From Marsupella aquatica (Eukaryota; Plantae; Marchantiophyta), in assembly GCA_973895155.1 (NCBI GenBank), contig OZ316893.1, positions 1,550,860 through 1,614,859 of the forward strand: a stretch of 64,000 nucleotides of DNA, given 5' to 3'. Below, piece after piece: positions 25,030-36,917 of this stretch; the stretch's first letter is position 1; each line of letters starts with the position of its first letter. A model generated the notes under the pieces. It saw nothing but the letters and a program-made list of their open reading frames with translations, searched no databases and was not told the origin of the DNA. The translations under genes and the position numbers were made by a program.

Positions 25030-26815
25030 AAAATGACCATACACATGGCGTTTGGCCACATTTTGTATTTACACCAGTACCGATATTATTTCATGTTTGC
25101 ACACCCCCATATATTCTTCTACATGTTGTAACTATTTGCTTTGTAACTTTCAATTGTTTGCATTGTTTTTAGAATGTGCGACCCTCTCAAAATATGTTAC
25201 CGCAGAGATTGAGAGCAGCATATCGAGAAATGGGTATGCCGGAAGAAGGACAAGGCTCTGAGTCACATTCCTCATCAAGTGACAGTGGAAGCAACAACCC
25301 TGATCGCAATGTACCCAGAACATATGAACAGGTTATTGATGACCAAGATAGAGCCATGGATGATTTTATGGTTGATTGGTTTGGTGTTGACGTCCCTGGT
25401 GATGATGCTGAGGTGTCTGCTGATCAAGGAGGTCATGTGCCCCCCAATGATCCACGACCAAGACATACCCCCGAGGGACAGCGCCAATGGGAGGAAGCAG
25501 AGGAACATGCCCGAACTCCTATCTATGAGGGTGCTCGTTTGAGTCGTCTTTCTGCTATCTTGGGGTTGATGAATCTACAGGCCAAACACAAGGCAAGCAA
25601 TGCCTTGTTATCTGATATGTTTGCATTTTGCCATGACCTTATGTTACCTTCTGGCAATGTGTTGCCAGGAACTTGGAAGGAGGCCAAGCGTGTTCTCTCA
25701 TCAATTGGCATGGAATATCATATCATTCATGCATGTGTGAATGATTGCATGTTATTTCATGGGGCCGATGAGAAGAAGACACAGTGTACTGAATGTCATG
25801 AGCCACGGTATGACCCCAACATGATTACAAAGAAGGTGCCAAGAAAAGCTGTTCGTTGGTTTCCCATCATTCCTCGGTTGTTGCACATGTACAGGTGTTC
25901 TGATTTGAACACGATTTCGGACCGAACAAGAACTATTTCCTCTAAACGAGAAGTGTATTTTCATTTTCCGCCGAATCTCGCGAAATCGGCAGTTTTTTTC
26001 ATCAAAAACACGTTTTTGGGGAAATAATGTAATTCATATCGGAGTTTGGATTGAAACAGCAAATTTAATAATGATCAAAACCAATGAAATTCATGCTAAC
26101 AAACATTCATATTATCAAGGAACAATTAGATCCGAAAAACTTTCTCCTCAATCTCATATTCACGCTCTCCGAAGATATATGAAAGGTCTTATCTATAAAT
26201 CCATATCCACGTTTCGAGCCAAGTGCGATAACTGTATCGGACTCCGGATTTGAGCCACGAAAGCTCCGACCCAATCTTAGTTTTCTCAGTTTTTGGATAT
26301 TTACCAAAAATATTTTACATCACAGTCGATAAGAATTACTGCACGATTCGTCAAACTTACCTTGCAGTTACCTCCGCAATTGACCAGTTACCTCCGCAAG
26401 TGACCATAGTCAACATGCCATTCTTTCAACAGCAATGCGCAGTCCGATAAAATTATCGCGAAAACTACGGGCGACAAAAATACTAGTCGACAATACTAAG
26501 ATCCTTTGGTTCATCGGTTAAATTTCAAAATTCCTATCCATATAAAGAAAACTTTTCGCAATACCAACATCAGATAAATTTATCGCTTCAATTTCAAAAT
26601 TGCAACTTCCATATGAAGGAACCACTTTTGCAATACCAACATCAGATAAATACACTCTGAACCACACAACCCGAAGTCAGGGGAGGCAGAGTCAATTACA
26701 TTCAAAGTGTTTCTTTACAAGCTCTTCTCGAGCAAACCTTAGAGCACCCAAAATCGACTAGAGGAATGAGGAGTGCGATAAATTTATCGGATGTTCGCAG
26801 CAATGCCTCATCCAC

Positions 26816-27364
26816 TCAGACTCGTCCATGCCATGCAAGAATTGTCCGCTTCCCGCTTTCTCCAAGATTTATCCAAACTCTACGAAACTGATCTAACTGC
26901 TCATACGAAAAGCACCCAAGCATATCTATGGGAGGGAGGAAATGAGTTTCCTCTCGGAAGACCCTAGCAATATGTATGTTTGAGAGAAGGTCGGCATTAG
27001 GAATGCTTGCGAGCATTTTGTTTATGTCATTGATCTCACGGACTACATATTTCAATAGCGCCCAAAATCGTGTACCAACAACAAGATGGTTCCATTTCTT
27101 TGAGGTAGCTCCAAGACAAATGATTGTTCTCATTCGAGTTAGTCGTTCTTCTGGTAGAAGTTTTAGGTCAAGGCCAAGGTGTTCATCTTGTGTGCAAGAC
27201 AAGGCTAGGAGGGGCCAAATATGAGATTCAACGAGTTGATCGGGAAGTCCATTCAACAAACTTCCGCATTCCACACCGGGCACTTTTCCTCGAATATATT
27301 TCCTACGCTCGTGGGCTAAAACGGATCCCATCTTTGCAACAATTAGATTCTCTGATGCAGCCAT
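26816..27364 (-). CDS. Cargo ORF, 182 aa, F-box-like motif
   Basis: ATG-initiated open ORF. LNGLPDQLVESHIWPLL...ICLGATSKKWNHLV resembles the F-box consensus (LP...I...L...(V)xKxW) with an insert. Confidence 0.5.
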   Translation of the reverse strand: MAASENLIVAKMGSVLAHERRKYIRGKVPGVECGSLLNGLPDQLVESHIWPLLALSCTQDEHLGLDLKLLPEERLTRMRTIICLGATSKKWNHLVVGTRFWALLKYVVREINDINKMLASIPNADLLSNIHIARVFREETHFLPPIDMLGCFSYEQLDQFRRVWINLGESGKRTILAWHGRV

Positions 27365-27537
27365 GAAGCAGAGCTACCAAAACCACCAATAAAAATACCT
27401 TCAATCACCAGGTGTAACCGAACACATCCACAGTACCAACCCTGCACGATAGTTTAACGATTAGGACTCGTGACATATTATATTCGCTGCGCAAGGGTAG
27501 GACTTGTTTATTTAAATATGTCCTTACAAGACGCGCC

Positions 27538-27888
27538 TCAATGAAAAGGTCGAAACACTCGTCGTGAAAGGTTCACCCAAGGGTCTTTGTTCCAAATCTT
27601 ACAACAGAAGTGAGCCTGTTTGTGGTACTTGTTGTCAAGACGACGACAACAATAGTTACAAGAAAACTCAAAAGAATGTAAACACGCCGTTAACATCAAC
27701 CTCGAACGAATTGGAACTCCTGCATCATTCATTCCGCAAAATTCAATGCGGAGAGGATTCTGCCTATCTCCAGGATCAGTACCACCCATCCACAATGCTC
27801 CTATACCGATGGGGAGAACTTTGAGTCGCACGAGTCTCTTGTACAACCGGCGTGCACGTTTGACACGATTTTCAAGGAAGATAGCCAT
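27538..27888 (-). CDS. Cargo ORF, 116 aa, basic with a Cys/His-rich C-terminus, unknown function
   Basis: ATG-initiated, CLH..SCNYCC...H..H.CC cluster, same strand as and upstream of the F-box-like ORF. A TATA-like CTATATAAAG lies at ~28481-28490 on the minus strand. Confidence 0.35.
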   Translation of the reverse strand: MAIFLENRVKRARRLYKRLVRLKVLPIGIGALWMGGTDPGDRQNPLRIEFCGMNDAGVPIRSRLMLTACLHSFEFSCNYCCRRLDNKYHKQAHFCCKIWNKDPWVNLSRRVFRPFH

Positions 27889-30800
27889 TTGTCACAATAC
27901 CTATTGTCCATAGAGTGCAATCAACCTTCCGTTGTGCCTCCTAAACCCGACAACAGTGCGACATCAGAGATGAAGATGAGTCTCCAAACAAAACAAAGGA
28001 AAATTATTCTCACAGGAGGATGCGATAAGTTTATCGCACTCCGCATTCGAATTGAAAATATGACTTCCTCAGACACCTAAGCCCTGAATTCAATCTTTCA
28101 CAAAAATGACAACTCCGATAAATTTATCGAATTCTCAATTACTCCTCTTTCCATGAAAGGAATGAAGACTCCGATAAATTTATCAGAATGAAGGCAATAC
28201 CTCTCTAAACACTGGATCAAATGATTGCAACAGAGGAATGCAGAATGCGATAAATTTATCGTAGTCCGCTCGGATCTGGACATTTTACACTAAATGACTA
28301 GTTAGTCTTACATGGAGAACTTGAACAGGAATGGCTGTTCCGATAAATTTATTGGGTTTTCGGTAGAAAGAGTCGAATCGCTTGGGAGGAATGTAAGACT
28401 CGATGGGAGTTTGGTATTCGCTCTCAGTCAGGAGATATTTGCTCTAGCGAAAGCAAACGTTTTATGGGCAGCCCACTCCTCTTTATATAGGAGACGCTCT
28501 AAACCATGGTTAATTTCCCCTTAACCATGGTTAAGTTTCCCCTTTACCTGGGTTAGTGCGTGGTCGTTCCTGGATTACGCGGTTCGGACCAAGTTACTCG
28601 CAGTTCGGACTTTTTCACTGGCAAAATGTAAAACCCGATGCACGTATCGCTCCCTGCATTCCCGCGGCAATGCAATGGAGGAAAGTGGCGTTTCGGAGAG
28701 TTTTGGCCAGTTTTATCGGTCATTGCATTGCCTTAGAAAAAAAACGGGATCGGGCTAAACGAGAACTCCGACACACTTCTCGGTCGGTCCGAAATCGTGT
28801 TTTTGGCAGAGTTGATGGTAGGGCATAAGACTCATTGATCAGAGCCTGGTGTTATGCGGTTGCCAATTGACTCTCCTGCAGTCAAACATATTGAGGAAAC
28901 ATGGCCAGACTTTGCACATGATCCTCGTCATGTGAGGTTGGGATTGGCATCTGATGGGGTTAGTCCTCATGCCCTTGGAGGCAAGGGAAGACCTACATCA
29001 GTTTGGCCTATGGTTGTGATGAATTACAACCTTCCACCATGGCTATCCATGAAGAAGGGGTTCCTCTTGCTGTCTTTGATTATTCCAGGTCCAAAAAAGG
29101 TGAAGAACTTTGACACTTATTTGGCACTATTGATTGGAGAACTCCAAAAACTGTGGGGTGGAGTGTGGGCATATGATGGCAGGAAAAATACAGGAGGCAT
29201 TCCACGTGTATTTAAATTGAGAGGGGTAGTTTGTTGGACAATGCATGACTATCCTGGTAAGATGACTTTTTGACCATATGCCACCCTTCTTTGATATGCT
29301 CTTTAATATACTTGTTTGTCATGTGACAACCCTAACATTTAGTCTGGTTTTATTTTTGGTGTAACCAGGGTTTGGCTTTGTCTCTGGATTGCAAACTCAG
29401 GGGTACAAAGCTTGCTCCACCTGTGGTCCACAATTGCAAGATATGGCAATTTGGTCCCCATGGCTTAGGAAGATTGTTTACATTGGGCATACAAAGTTTC
29501 TTCCGATGGGGCATGAGATGAGGTCTGACCCACTTTTATTTTCCTCCTTTGACATGCCCCTTGGTGATATGCGGGAAATTCCGGAACCAACAACTTTTGG
29601 GCATTGGAAGTCACTAGCTGATAGGGTGGCAGACCCTGATGATCCCCTCACCTTTGATGGTACTGGGTTGACGAGGTGGAGTATACTAGCCAGTTTGCCC
29701 TATTGGTCAGAGTTGAAGATCCGCCATCTTTTAGACCCCATGCACATAGAGGGAAATGTGGGGAAGGCGTTGATAGCTCATTTTTATGGGGAGAAGGACA
29801 CTAACTTCAGGGAGGCATGTGAAGAGTTGGAAATGCATCCAGATGTATGGGTACAAGTTGATCCTGCCACAGGTTTGGAACATCGTCCTTCTGCTCCTTG
29901 GGTGCTTAGTGTTGGCCAAAGACGTGAATTCCGGAATCGTATAGGGGAGATGCGATTTCCTACAGGCTATGGTGCCAATTTGAGGAAAGCTTTTGGGATG
30001 GAGGACAATCACAAATGGCCACGGTATCTCAAGACACATGACTATCACCGCTTATTGCAGCATATATTGCCAGTGGCAATTATAGGTTGGGGACCAAAGA
30101 AGTGCAAGATGCCATTTGGTCATTGGGTCGTTTGTTGAGATGGATATGCTCAAAGGAGATATATGTGGAAGAGATTCCTGGAATGGAGGTATTGGCTGCT
30201 GAGGTGGTTTGCAAGTTGGAGAAGGCCCTCCCTCCTTCCTTCTTTGATTGTCAGGTTCATTTACTTGTGCATCTTGTGAGGGAGGTTGCCATTGTTGGTC
30301 CAATTCATTGTCGATGGATGTACTGGCTTGAGCGTTACATGTCAGTCTTGAAGGCTTATGTACGTAACCGTGCACGAGTGGAGGGAAGCATAGCTACAAG
30401 ATACTTGGCTGCAGAGAGCATGTTTTATTGTAGTAACATCTTGGCCACCATTGATCGAACTTTACCACATACTTGGATGGAGGAGAGGCAAGAGGAGGAG
30501 GACCGTTTAACAGGAGCAACAAAAACACGCATGCTTACATCAACAGAGTGGACACAGTTGAATACATTCATGTTAAGTAATAGCAATGTCATGGATGAAT
30601 GGAGGGAGTTTTATGACAATGCCAAAAGAATGAGTCAAAGGGCAAGGATTTTTCCTAAGTTGCATGAGTTTATGAAGGAAAAGTTGGTTGAGTTGGATGG
30701 CATTTTGGCACAAGGAGGAGATGTCTCACAGTTTCCTACTATGACAAATGACATTCGGACCATTGTTCATGGCCCTTTGAGAGTGGTAACATCCAAGATG

Positions 30801-33363
30801 GCCATGTGGACCCAAGGGAGACACTTCAGGTTTCACTAGTTCCTAACCTTGTTTTCCATATTCATGTACTACTACTTAAGATATAGTAATCATTTTACTT
30901 AAGATAAGTGTGTTTTTCTCTTTTGGTATGAAAGGTTCCTCATAACATGATTAGTGTTTTTTGTGTAGTAGTAACAATATATGGGTCTTGTTAATTTCAG
31001 GATTTCTTCCCTTGATGAGAAGAGGGCTCGTACTTTTGATTGTGAAGTTCAAGGGCAGTTTTGTCAGGACTCCCGGAGTAGCCGACATGACAGGAACATT
31101 GTTCGTGATGTTGTGCCACATTATGGGAAGATAGAGGAGATTTTGGTGGTCTCATATGACAACCAATCTAAGTTTGAGGAGTATGTCTTCAAGTGGAAGT
31201 GGTTCAAAGTGAACCTTGTTGGTAATAATCGCACTGTACTCCAAGATGAGAGTGGGTTTACACGGTTGAGGACAAGTGCCACTAGTTTTCAAGCATCTCA
31301 TTGGCAAACGTCAGAGCCATTTACTTTCCCATCTCACTTGGAGCAATGTTTCTACGTTCCATACCCCTTAGACCCAGAGTGGTCACTTGTCATCACATAT
31401 GTGCCACAGTCTCGTTCCATTGTTTCAGACAAGCCAGACACTATTTTTGTGTCAGATGTAGAGGACATTGAAGGTGACCAAGTGTGAGAGACACTTATGG
31501 ATATTTAAACCAAAAATCTATATCATGGATTGTTCATGTTGTTTCTTAATTAATATTTCATACACCATTAGTGTGGTAGGTATTTTCATTTTGGACTCCT
31601 ACTTTCAAAAGAGGTCATGCATATAAGTGACATGGGTACTCCCTCCCTTATCCCTCCTCCCTCTTTGAACCCAAACTCTCCTTCCTCTTCCAAAAACTCC
31701 ATAGCTTTTTCTCCTCCCTCCCTCTTCGCTAAAGTCTCCTATTTTTAGTAAACCCTCTTTGGACTCCCTTCTTCCTCCGTCCCTCATCCACCTTCCAACT
31801 CCCTTCCTCCCTCTTTCACCTTTCACCTCCCTCCCTCCTCCTTCCCCATTCAAACTCTAACCTAGATGCACACACAAGTCTAACATAAACGTTTGCAAAC
31901 TGTTTGCGAAACTAAACAAATCCCAACCAAATCGCAATTCTGCCATTTAAACCGTTTCTCAATTATTCCATACTATACGCTTCACTATTTTGCGATATCC
32001 AGACCATCCCACCTTTACCATCCACATCGTTTCGCACATTTGCCATACAAACCCATCGCAAATTGTTTGAAGCTAACCTTTTTGCAAACATCCTCCAATA
32101 CTAATTGTTTTGCATCATTAATGTTACCGTGGTTTCGGACTTTTGGAGCGGTCGCGGAGCCTTCGTAATGTGTTTTGTAATCTCTGTAGTTTCGCAAAAT
32201 ATTGTGATACAATAAAGTTCCCAAAATGTTTGCGATGCAAATCGCATGGAAGACCAAAGTTGCAATACCACAAGTATCGCAAATTGCGATGCGTATTGAG
32301 TCATCAACGGTTTGAAGCATCTGGAATCGCAAACGTGTGTCCGGACGCAAATGAGCTTCGCAAAAGGGCAAAATATGTTGTAGTGGGAGCCACTTGAGAG
32401 ATGAGGAGAGCTTACACTATGGAGACTTGGTTTAGCCAACGGGCTTAGAGTTCAGTAAAGTTCTCTTGTGTGTTCCCGTGGACGTAGCCTCGAGGAGGTG
32501 AACCACGTATCTCTTGTGTCGACTACTTGCGCGTTGGATGTGTCATGTGCTTATCGTTACGAGTGTTGTCTATGCTCAACAATTGGTATTAGAGCATCCC
32601 TGGGAGGTGACATTGTTCGTGACGGGATTTCGTGACGATTTTATTTTTTCCAGCGTTGAGTGTCGGTGGATTTTCCGGAGTTCCGTCGCATAGAACTTGG
32701 AGTTTATGGGCTCAACGAATAGATCGGGGCAAGGGCTTTCTAACGGTGCAAAGAAATCGTTGAACGAAGATCGTGGTGCGGAGAGATCTAAGTTTTCATC
32801 GTCCTGGAATTTGTGAAGAAAGTTGGCAACATTCGTGTTCGACGGTTTTTCAAAGGAGGGACCAGAGTTTGTTTTCCCGACAGTGTGAGCTCTAGGGTGA
32901 AGGAGGCGTCGCATGTTGTAGCTCTACTTGTAGATCGGGACGAGCTGATCGTTTTGGTAGATGGTTTGTTGCTGAGTGTGTAACGAGTGCGTCACAACGA
33001 GCAAAAACAACATTCTGATTTTCTGACCGGCTATGGAGTCCTCTTTTGCCTGAGCGAGGTTTCTCGTCATTGCGCTCAACTCGGAGGGAGAGACGTGAAG
33101 TGCTTGGGCTGAACGGATAGATCACGAAGAGGTGATCATTTTGAGTCCAAGATTGATGATTTCGCCCATGGGAGGAAGGAGTTCTGAGTTTTTGTCACTG
33201 ATTGACCAGCAAACGGTGCGGGTGCGCAAATCTTTCCAATCCACCGACATCGGTTTCTGATTCTTCACCATAATCCGAACATTACAAGTTGCAAGCTCTT
33301 TTCGTTTGATGTCCACAAGCATTTTTGGATTTCTTACGAGCCAATTTTTTGTTCGAAAAATAT

Positions 33364-33365
33364 TC

Positions 33366-33404
<39 letters not shown>
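33364..33404. repeat. (CT)n microsatellite
   Basis: Direct reading of the sequence. Confidence 0.9.
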
Positions 33405-33408
<4 letters not shown>

Positions 33409-35918
33409 GCATTTGACCTACAATACTGAATAAAATTAAAATTATCTATAAAGGATGAAAATCTTACATACAACTAGTAAAAAATTAAAAAATTGCCCTA
33501 TACCGTGGCTTATATTACAGATACTTTACTAAATACGTAAAAATACTTCTTACATGTATTAGGTTTTACTAATGTAAACCACCACCCTGGCGGCTGCCCT
33601 AACAGCGCTCACGATTTCATCCCGTCACGCAGCTGCCTCCCCTAGTTTCCCTGCATACCTTAAAAAGCACTGTAGTTGTTCATTATGTTCATTCTAGGCG
33701 CATCTTGCTCTATGACTGTTCCTGACTAGGTCCTTTCCTAACAACTGTTTACGTTGGAGATAGCGAGTTGCTTCTTGAATTTTTTTCCTGACAGGATATT
33801 TTTCTCAGTACATTGTGACACCTTTTCTGTCAGCTCTCGTTGGTTTAGCTTGACATTATCTATCATTGCTCCAGTACTCTAGATTCTCTATTGTAGTGAC
33901 TTTTCCATAGAGCACTGTTGTGTCTGTTTTTCACACAGGCTCCACCAGCATGGCTCAAGTCTCTCTAGGTATGATTCATGCTTTTTCCTGGTTTATTACT
34001 CCTTTCTTCTCTATAGTGCTAGCCTGAAATTAATGTACGTCTCCCCGTTACCGCCGCGGTTCAATGGTAGCAGAAATGTACAACAAGAATCATTTTTTGA
34101 GAATCTTGATTCACCCTGGGGACGGGGGCTGAATGATGACCTCGGGGATGTATTGCAGTTTGTGTCCACTGCTCTTTAATTTCAGTTGATGGTCTACTTC
34201 AATTTGCTTGACCAGCTTATATGAAGCTTTTTATACTAAGGGTTTTTTCCTACACCATCTAATGGCACCTTTGCTGTGACACTGGAATTGTTCATATATG
34301 TTTTTTATAAAATAGTACCATCAATCCTATTACCTTGCACATGTCCAACTTTACCATACTGTGTTCTGACTTTTTATGCGTTCCATGCCATATCCTATAA
34401 ATATCCTCTTTGAAAACCTGTCCTTTTTGCACTATTTTTTTGTCTACAATAAGTGTTGCTTTATCTATACTACTCATGTATATAGGTACTGACAGCTTCT
34501 TACTAGGCTTTTCTGCTTTATGACTTTTCAGTCCTCTGATCTATACTCCTAGGTCTTTTTGTTAGACCTTGTACTTATTAAATCCCTTCCTTTTTTCACC
34601 CGGTTCCTTTGATACTTTATTGTGCTCCACCCATGACTGGGGACGCTATAGTGTAACATACTTTTCTTATGCGTTTACTGATCTCTGACTCATGCTAGGA
34701 TATAGCTACAGTGTAAATATTGACCTCAACAAGTCTCGGACCTGTTTTCTCCCTCATAATGGTCAGGCTGTATTATTATGTTAATCTATCTACTTGCGAA
34801 GGACTTGGTGTATGTGCTCATCCATGTGTTGCTATCTCCCTGCCCTGACCTATGATGCCGTGACTTTTTATGTGACTTGTCAATGTAAAGTATTGACTTG
34901 GCCTTGAATGGGTGTCGTCTTTTTAACATATCTCTCTCTCTCTCATCATTGGAAGGAAATTTTTCTTTGGGGCCCCTTGCCGGTGACGAGTGCGAATTTG
35001 GCTTCTTTTGTGGTTATTTCCTTTGTATTTTCAGGGGTCAACCCCCTTTTGTGTGTTTATACATACGTCTTTACCCCCACCCCACCCCCTCATCGACACA
35101 CGGCCCTCCCTGCACCCCGGATACGCGAGCTGCAGCCGCGGCTGCATTCACGACCAAAGCGTCGGCCGGCTGCTTCTTTGCCCCCATGTCATCGCCGGTC
35201 CTCCCTCACCCTCCCGCCGGTTGCCACTCCATCGCGGCCCTTCACGCAGTCGACGACTGCTTCCGACAGCCATTTTGCGGCTGCTTCTCCCGACAGCCCC
35301 GCACGACCCGCCCTGTACGCGCCCATCCACACGACCCCTGCCCCCCCTTTTTTTTAAAGCCCGATTTAATAAAGGGGATTTAAACCCCCTTTAGCCCCTA
35401 TCTTTTACTCTTTTTCCCGGTTTCTGATTGGTCGCCACATCCCGGGACCTGCCGCCCTCCACTTTAACCGCTTGGACAGGGGGAACGGCCCCCTGTGAGC
35501 CCTGCTGCTCTGTGCGGGAATATTCCGGAAAATAGAGAGAGTATTTTCGGCCGTCCATCGAAGATTCCATTCGCCAAACGATAACTTTTTTTGGTTCGTC
35601 TTTGGCAAGTTGCTAGCCATCGGAGTTGGCAACGCGGTGCACCAAAAGAATTGCATTTCCGACATCGGGTACTAGTTCATATTTTGGTTATTCCCCGAGG
35701 TGGTCAAAACGGGGGAGAATTCCAAGTTTTACCCACCCCGACCAAAAAGTGAATAACTTTTACGTCGGAGTTCGGTTTCAATTTTGGTTTTCAATATTGG
35801 AGAGCTAGGCTTATGGGCTATGCAGCGGTGATAAGTTTTGAGTTTTTTTAAGAAGTTGAAAAAATGTCATTTTTTCTTGCATTCTCACATGAGTGATTCA
35901 TAGGAGATTTTCGAAGAA

Positions 35919-36917
35919 GTGGATCTTGAAGCACGAGGATCACCACGACGGTTTGAGGAGGAGAGAGAGGAGCAGGAGGAAGCGCATGTGACACCGGTAC
36001 AATCACCGGTGCAAGGAGTAGAGAGGATTGTGAAGGAAAAACAGATGGCATCTAGGTTCGGAGGTGTCAAGTTTGAGGTGGAGAAGTATGATGGGCGTAC
36101 GGACTACTTGCTCTGGGAGAAGCAAGTGAAAAGAGTTCTTCACGCTATGGGCCTAGATCATCTTCTCTCTACACGAGAGATGTACGATGATGAGGAGGAG
36201 ATTCCACTCAAAAGGTGGAGGCATGAACAAGTAATTGCAGTGAATACGGTGATGCTTTATTTGAAACCGCATATCATCAAGAAGTTGGATGACTACGCGG
36301 ATTGTGCATCTCTGTTCAAAGCCCTAAGGGAGAAGTACTATCGGGAGGATGCATCAGATCGATTGTACAAGAAGTCTCTCTTGATGAGCCTTAGGCTCAA
36401 AGAGGGGAACAAACTCCAGGATCACTTGGATGAATTTGATAGCCTAGTTGTTGATTTGTCTAATCTCGGTAAGGGCGTTGAAGAAGAGGACAAGGCCTTG
36501 CTTCTTCTCAACTCCTTACCCCCATCTTATCAGGGTTTGAAGCAGGTTCCCTTGTATAGAGACTTGAAGTCTATTTCATACTATGAGGTGGTAAGCTCTT
36601 TGCTGTCAGATGATGCACAGAAGAAGTTGGGTCAAGCCCAGACAGCATTGTCATCTGGTGATGCCTTGAATGTGAATCGTGGGAGATCACAACGGCGTCC
36701 CGAGCAGCGCACGAATGGCAAGGGACGAAGTAAATCTAGGACAAGATTTGCTTCAAGGGGGAAGTCCCAAGAGAGAAAGCCAGTAGTCTGCTGGAAGTGT
36801 CACAAGGTTGGTCACGTTAAGAGGGATTGTAAGGGTAAGGCAGTTGTATCTTCATCAGCCAATGTGGCTAGTGCTGATGGAGAAGTTGATTTACTCAATG
36901 ATGAGTATGTTTTATGA
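35919..36917 (+). CDS. gag: Copia Gag (likely ATG at 36045)
   Basis: KFEVEKYDG..DY.LW, LLLNSLPPSY, and zinc knuckle CWKCHKVGHVKRDC. Confidence 0.9.
   Translation: MDLEARGSPRRFEEEREEQEEAHVTPVQSPVQGVERIVKEKQMASRFGGVKFEVEKYDGRTDYLLWEKQVKRVLHAMGLDHLLSTREMYDDEEEIPLKRWRHEQVIAVNTVMLYLKPHIIKKLDDYADCASLFKALREKYYREDASDRLYKKSLLMSLRLKEGNKLQDHLDEFDSLVVDLSNLGKGVEEEDKALLLLNSLPPSYQGLKQVPLYRDLKSISYYEVVSSLLSDDAQKKLGQAQTALSSGDALNVNRGRSQRRPEQRTNGKGRSKSRTRFASRGKSQERKPVVCWKCHKVGHVKRDCKGKAVVSSSANVASADGEVDLLNDEYVL

Larger units (their letters stand above)
25908..28801. mobile_element. 2.9-kb TIR element with a 4-bp TSD, no transposase, carrying two small ORFs
   Basis: 18-bp perfect TIR AACACGATTTCGGACCGA / TCGGTCCGAAATCGTGTT and TSD TTTG (25904-25907 and 28802-28805). 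Removing it restores the TnpD frame YRCSDL|AELMV. Confidence 0.9.
25173..31487 (+). pseudogene. CACTA TnpD transposase (Transposase_21, DUF4218, DUF4216), interrupted
   Basis: Exons ~25173-25907 / 28806-29256, 29369-30829 and 31001-31487. Motifs IHACVNDC, DPRHVRLGLASDG, YNLPPW, HDYP, LDPMHIEGNV, LKTHDYH, PPSFFD..HLLVHL and RWMY..ERYM. Disrupted by a TIR insertion, a TGA at ~28836 and a frameshift at ~30087. Confidence 0.93.
18216..32385 (+). mobile_element. CACTA (En/Spm) DNA transposon, ~14.2 kb, inserted in the copia 5' LTR
   Basis: TIR CACTACAACA...TGTTGTAGTG, 3-bp TSD GGA (18213-18215 and 32386-32388). The 3' LTR shows the empty site. Dense subterminal TTCGCAA/TTGCGAA motifs and a TnpD-type transposase. 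Confidence 0.96.

Noticed and set aside
33410-35400. Possible extra insertion in the long copia leader, including GC-rich ORFs at 34898-35394
   Set aside because: I could not identify convincing TIRs, a TSD or protein motifs; left unannotated.
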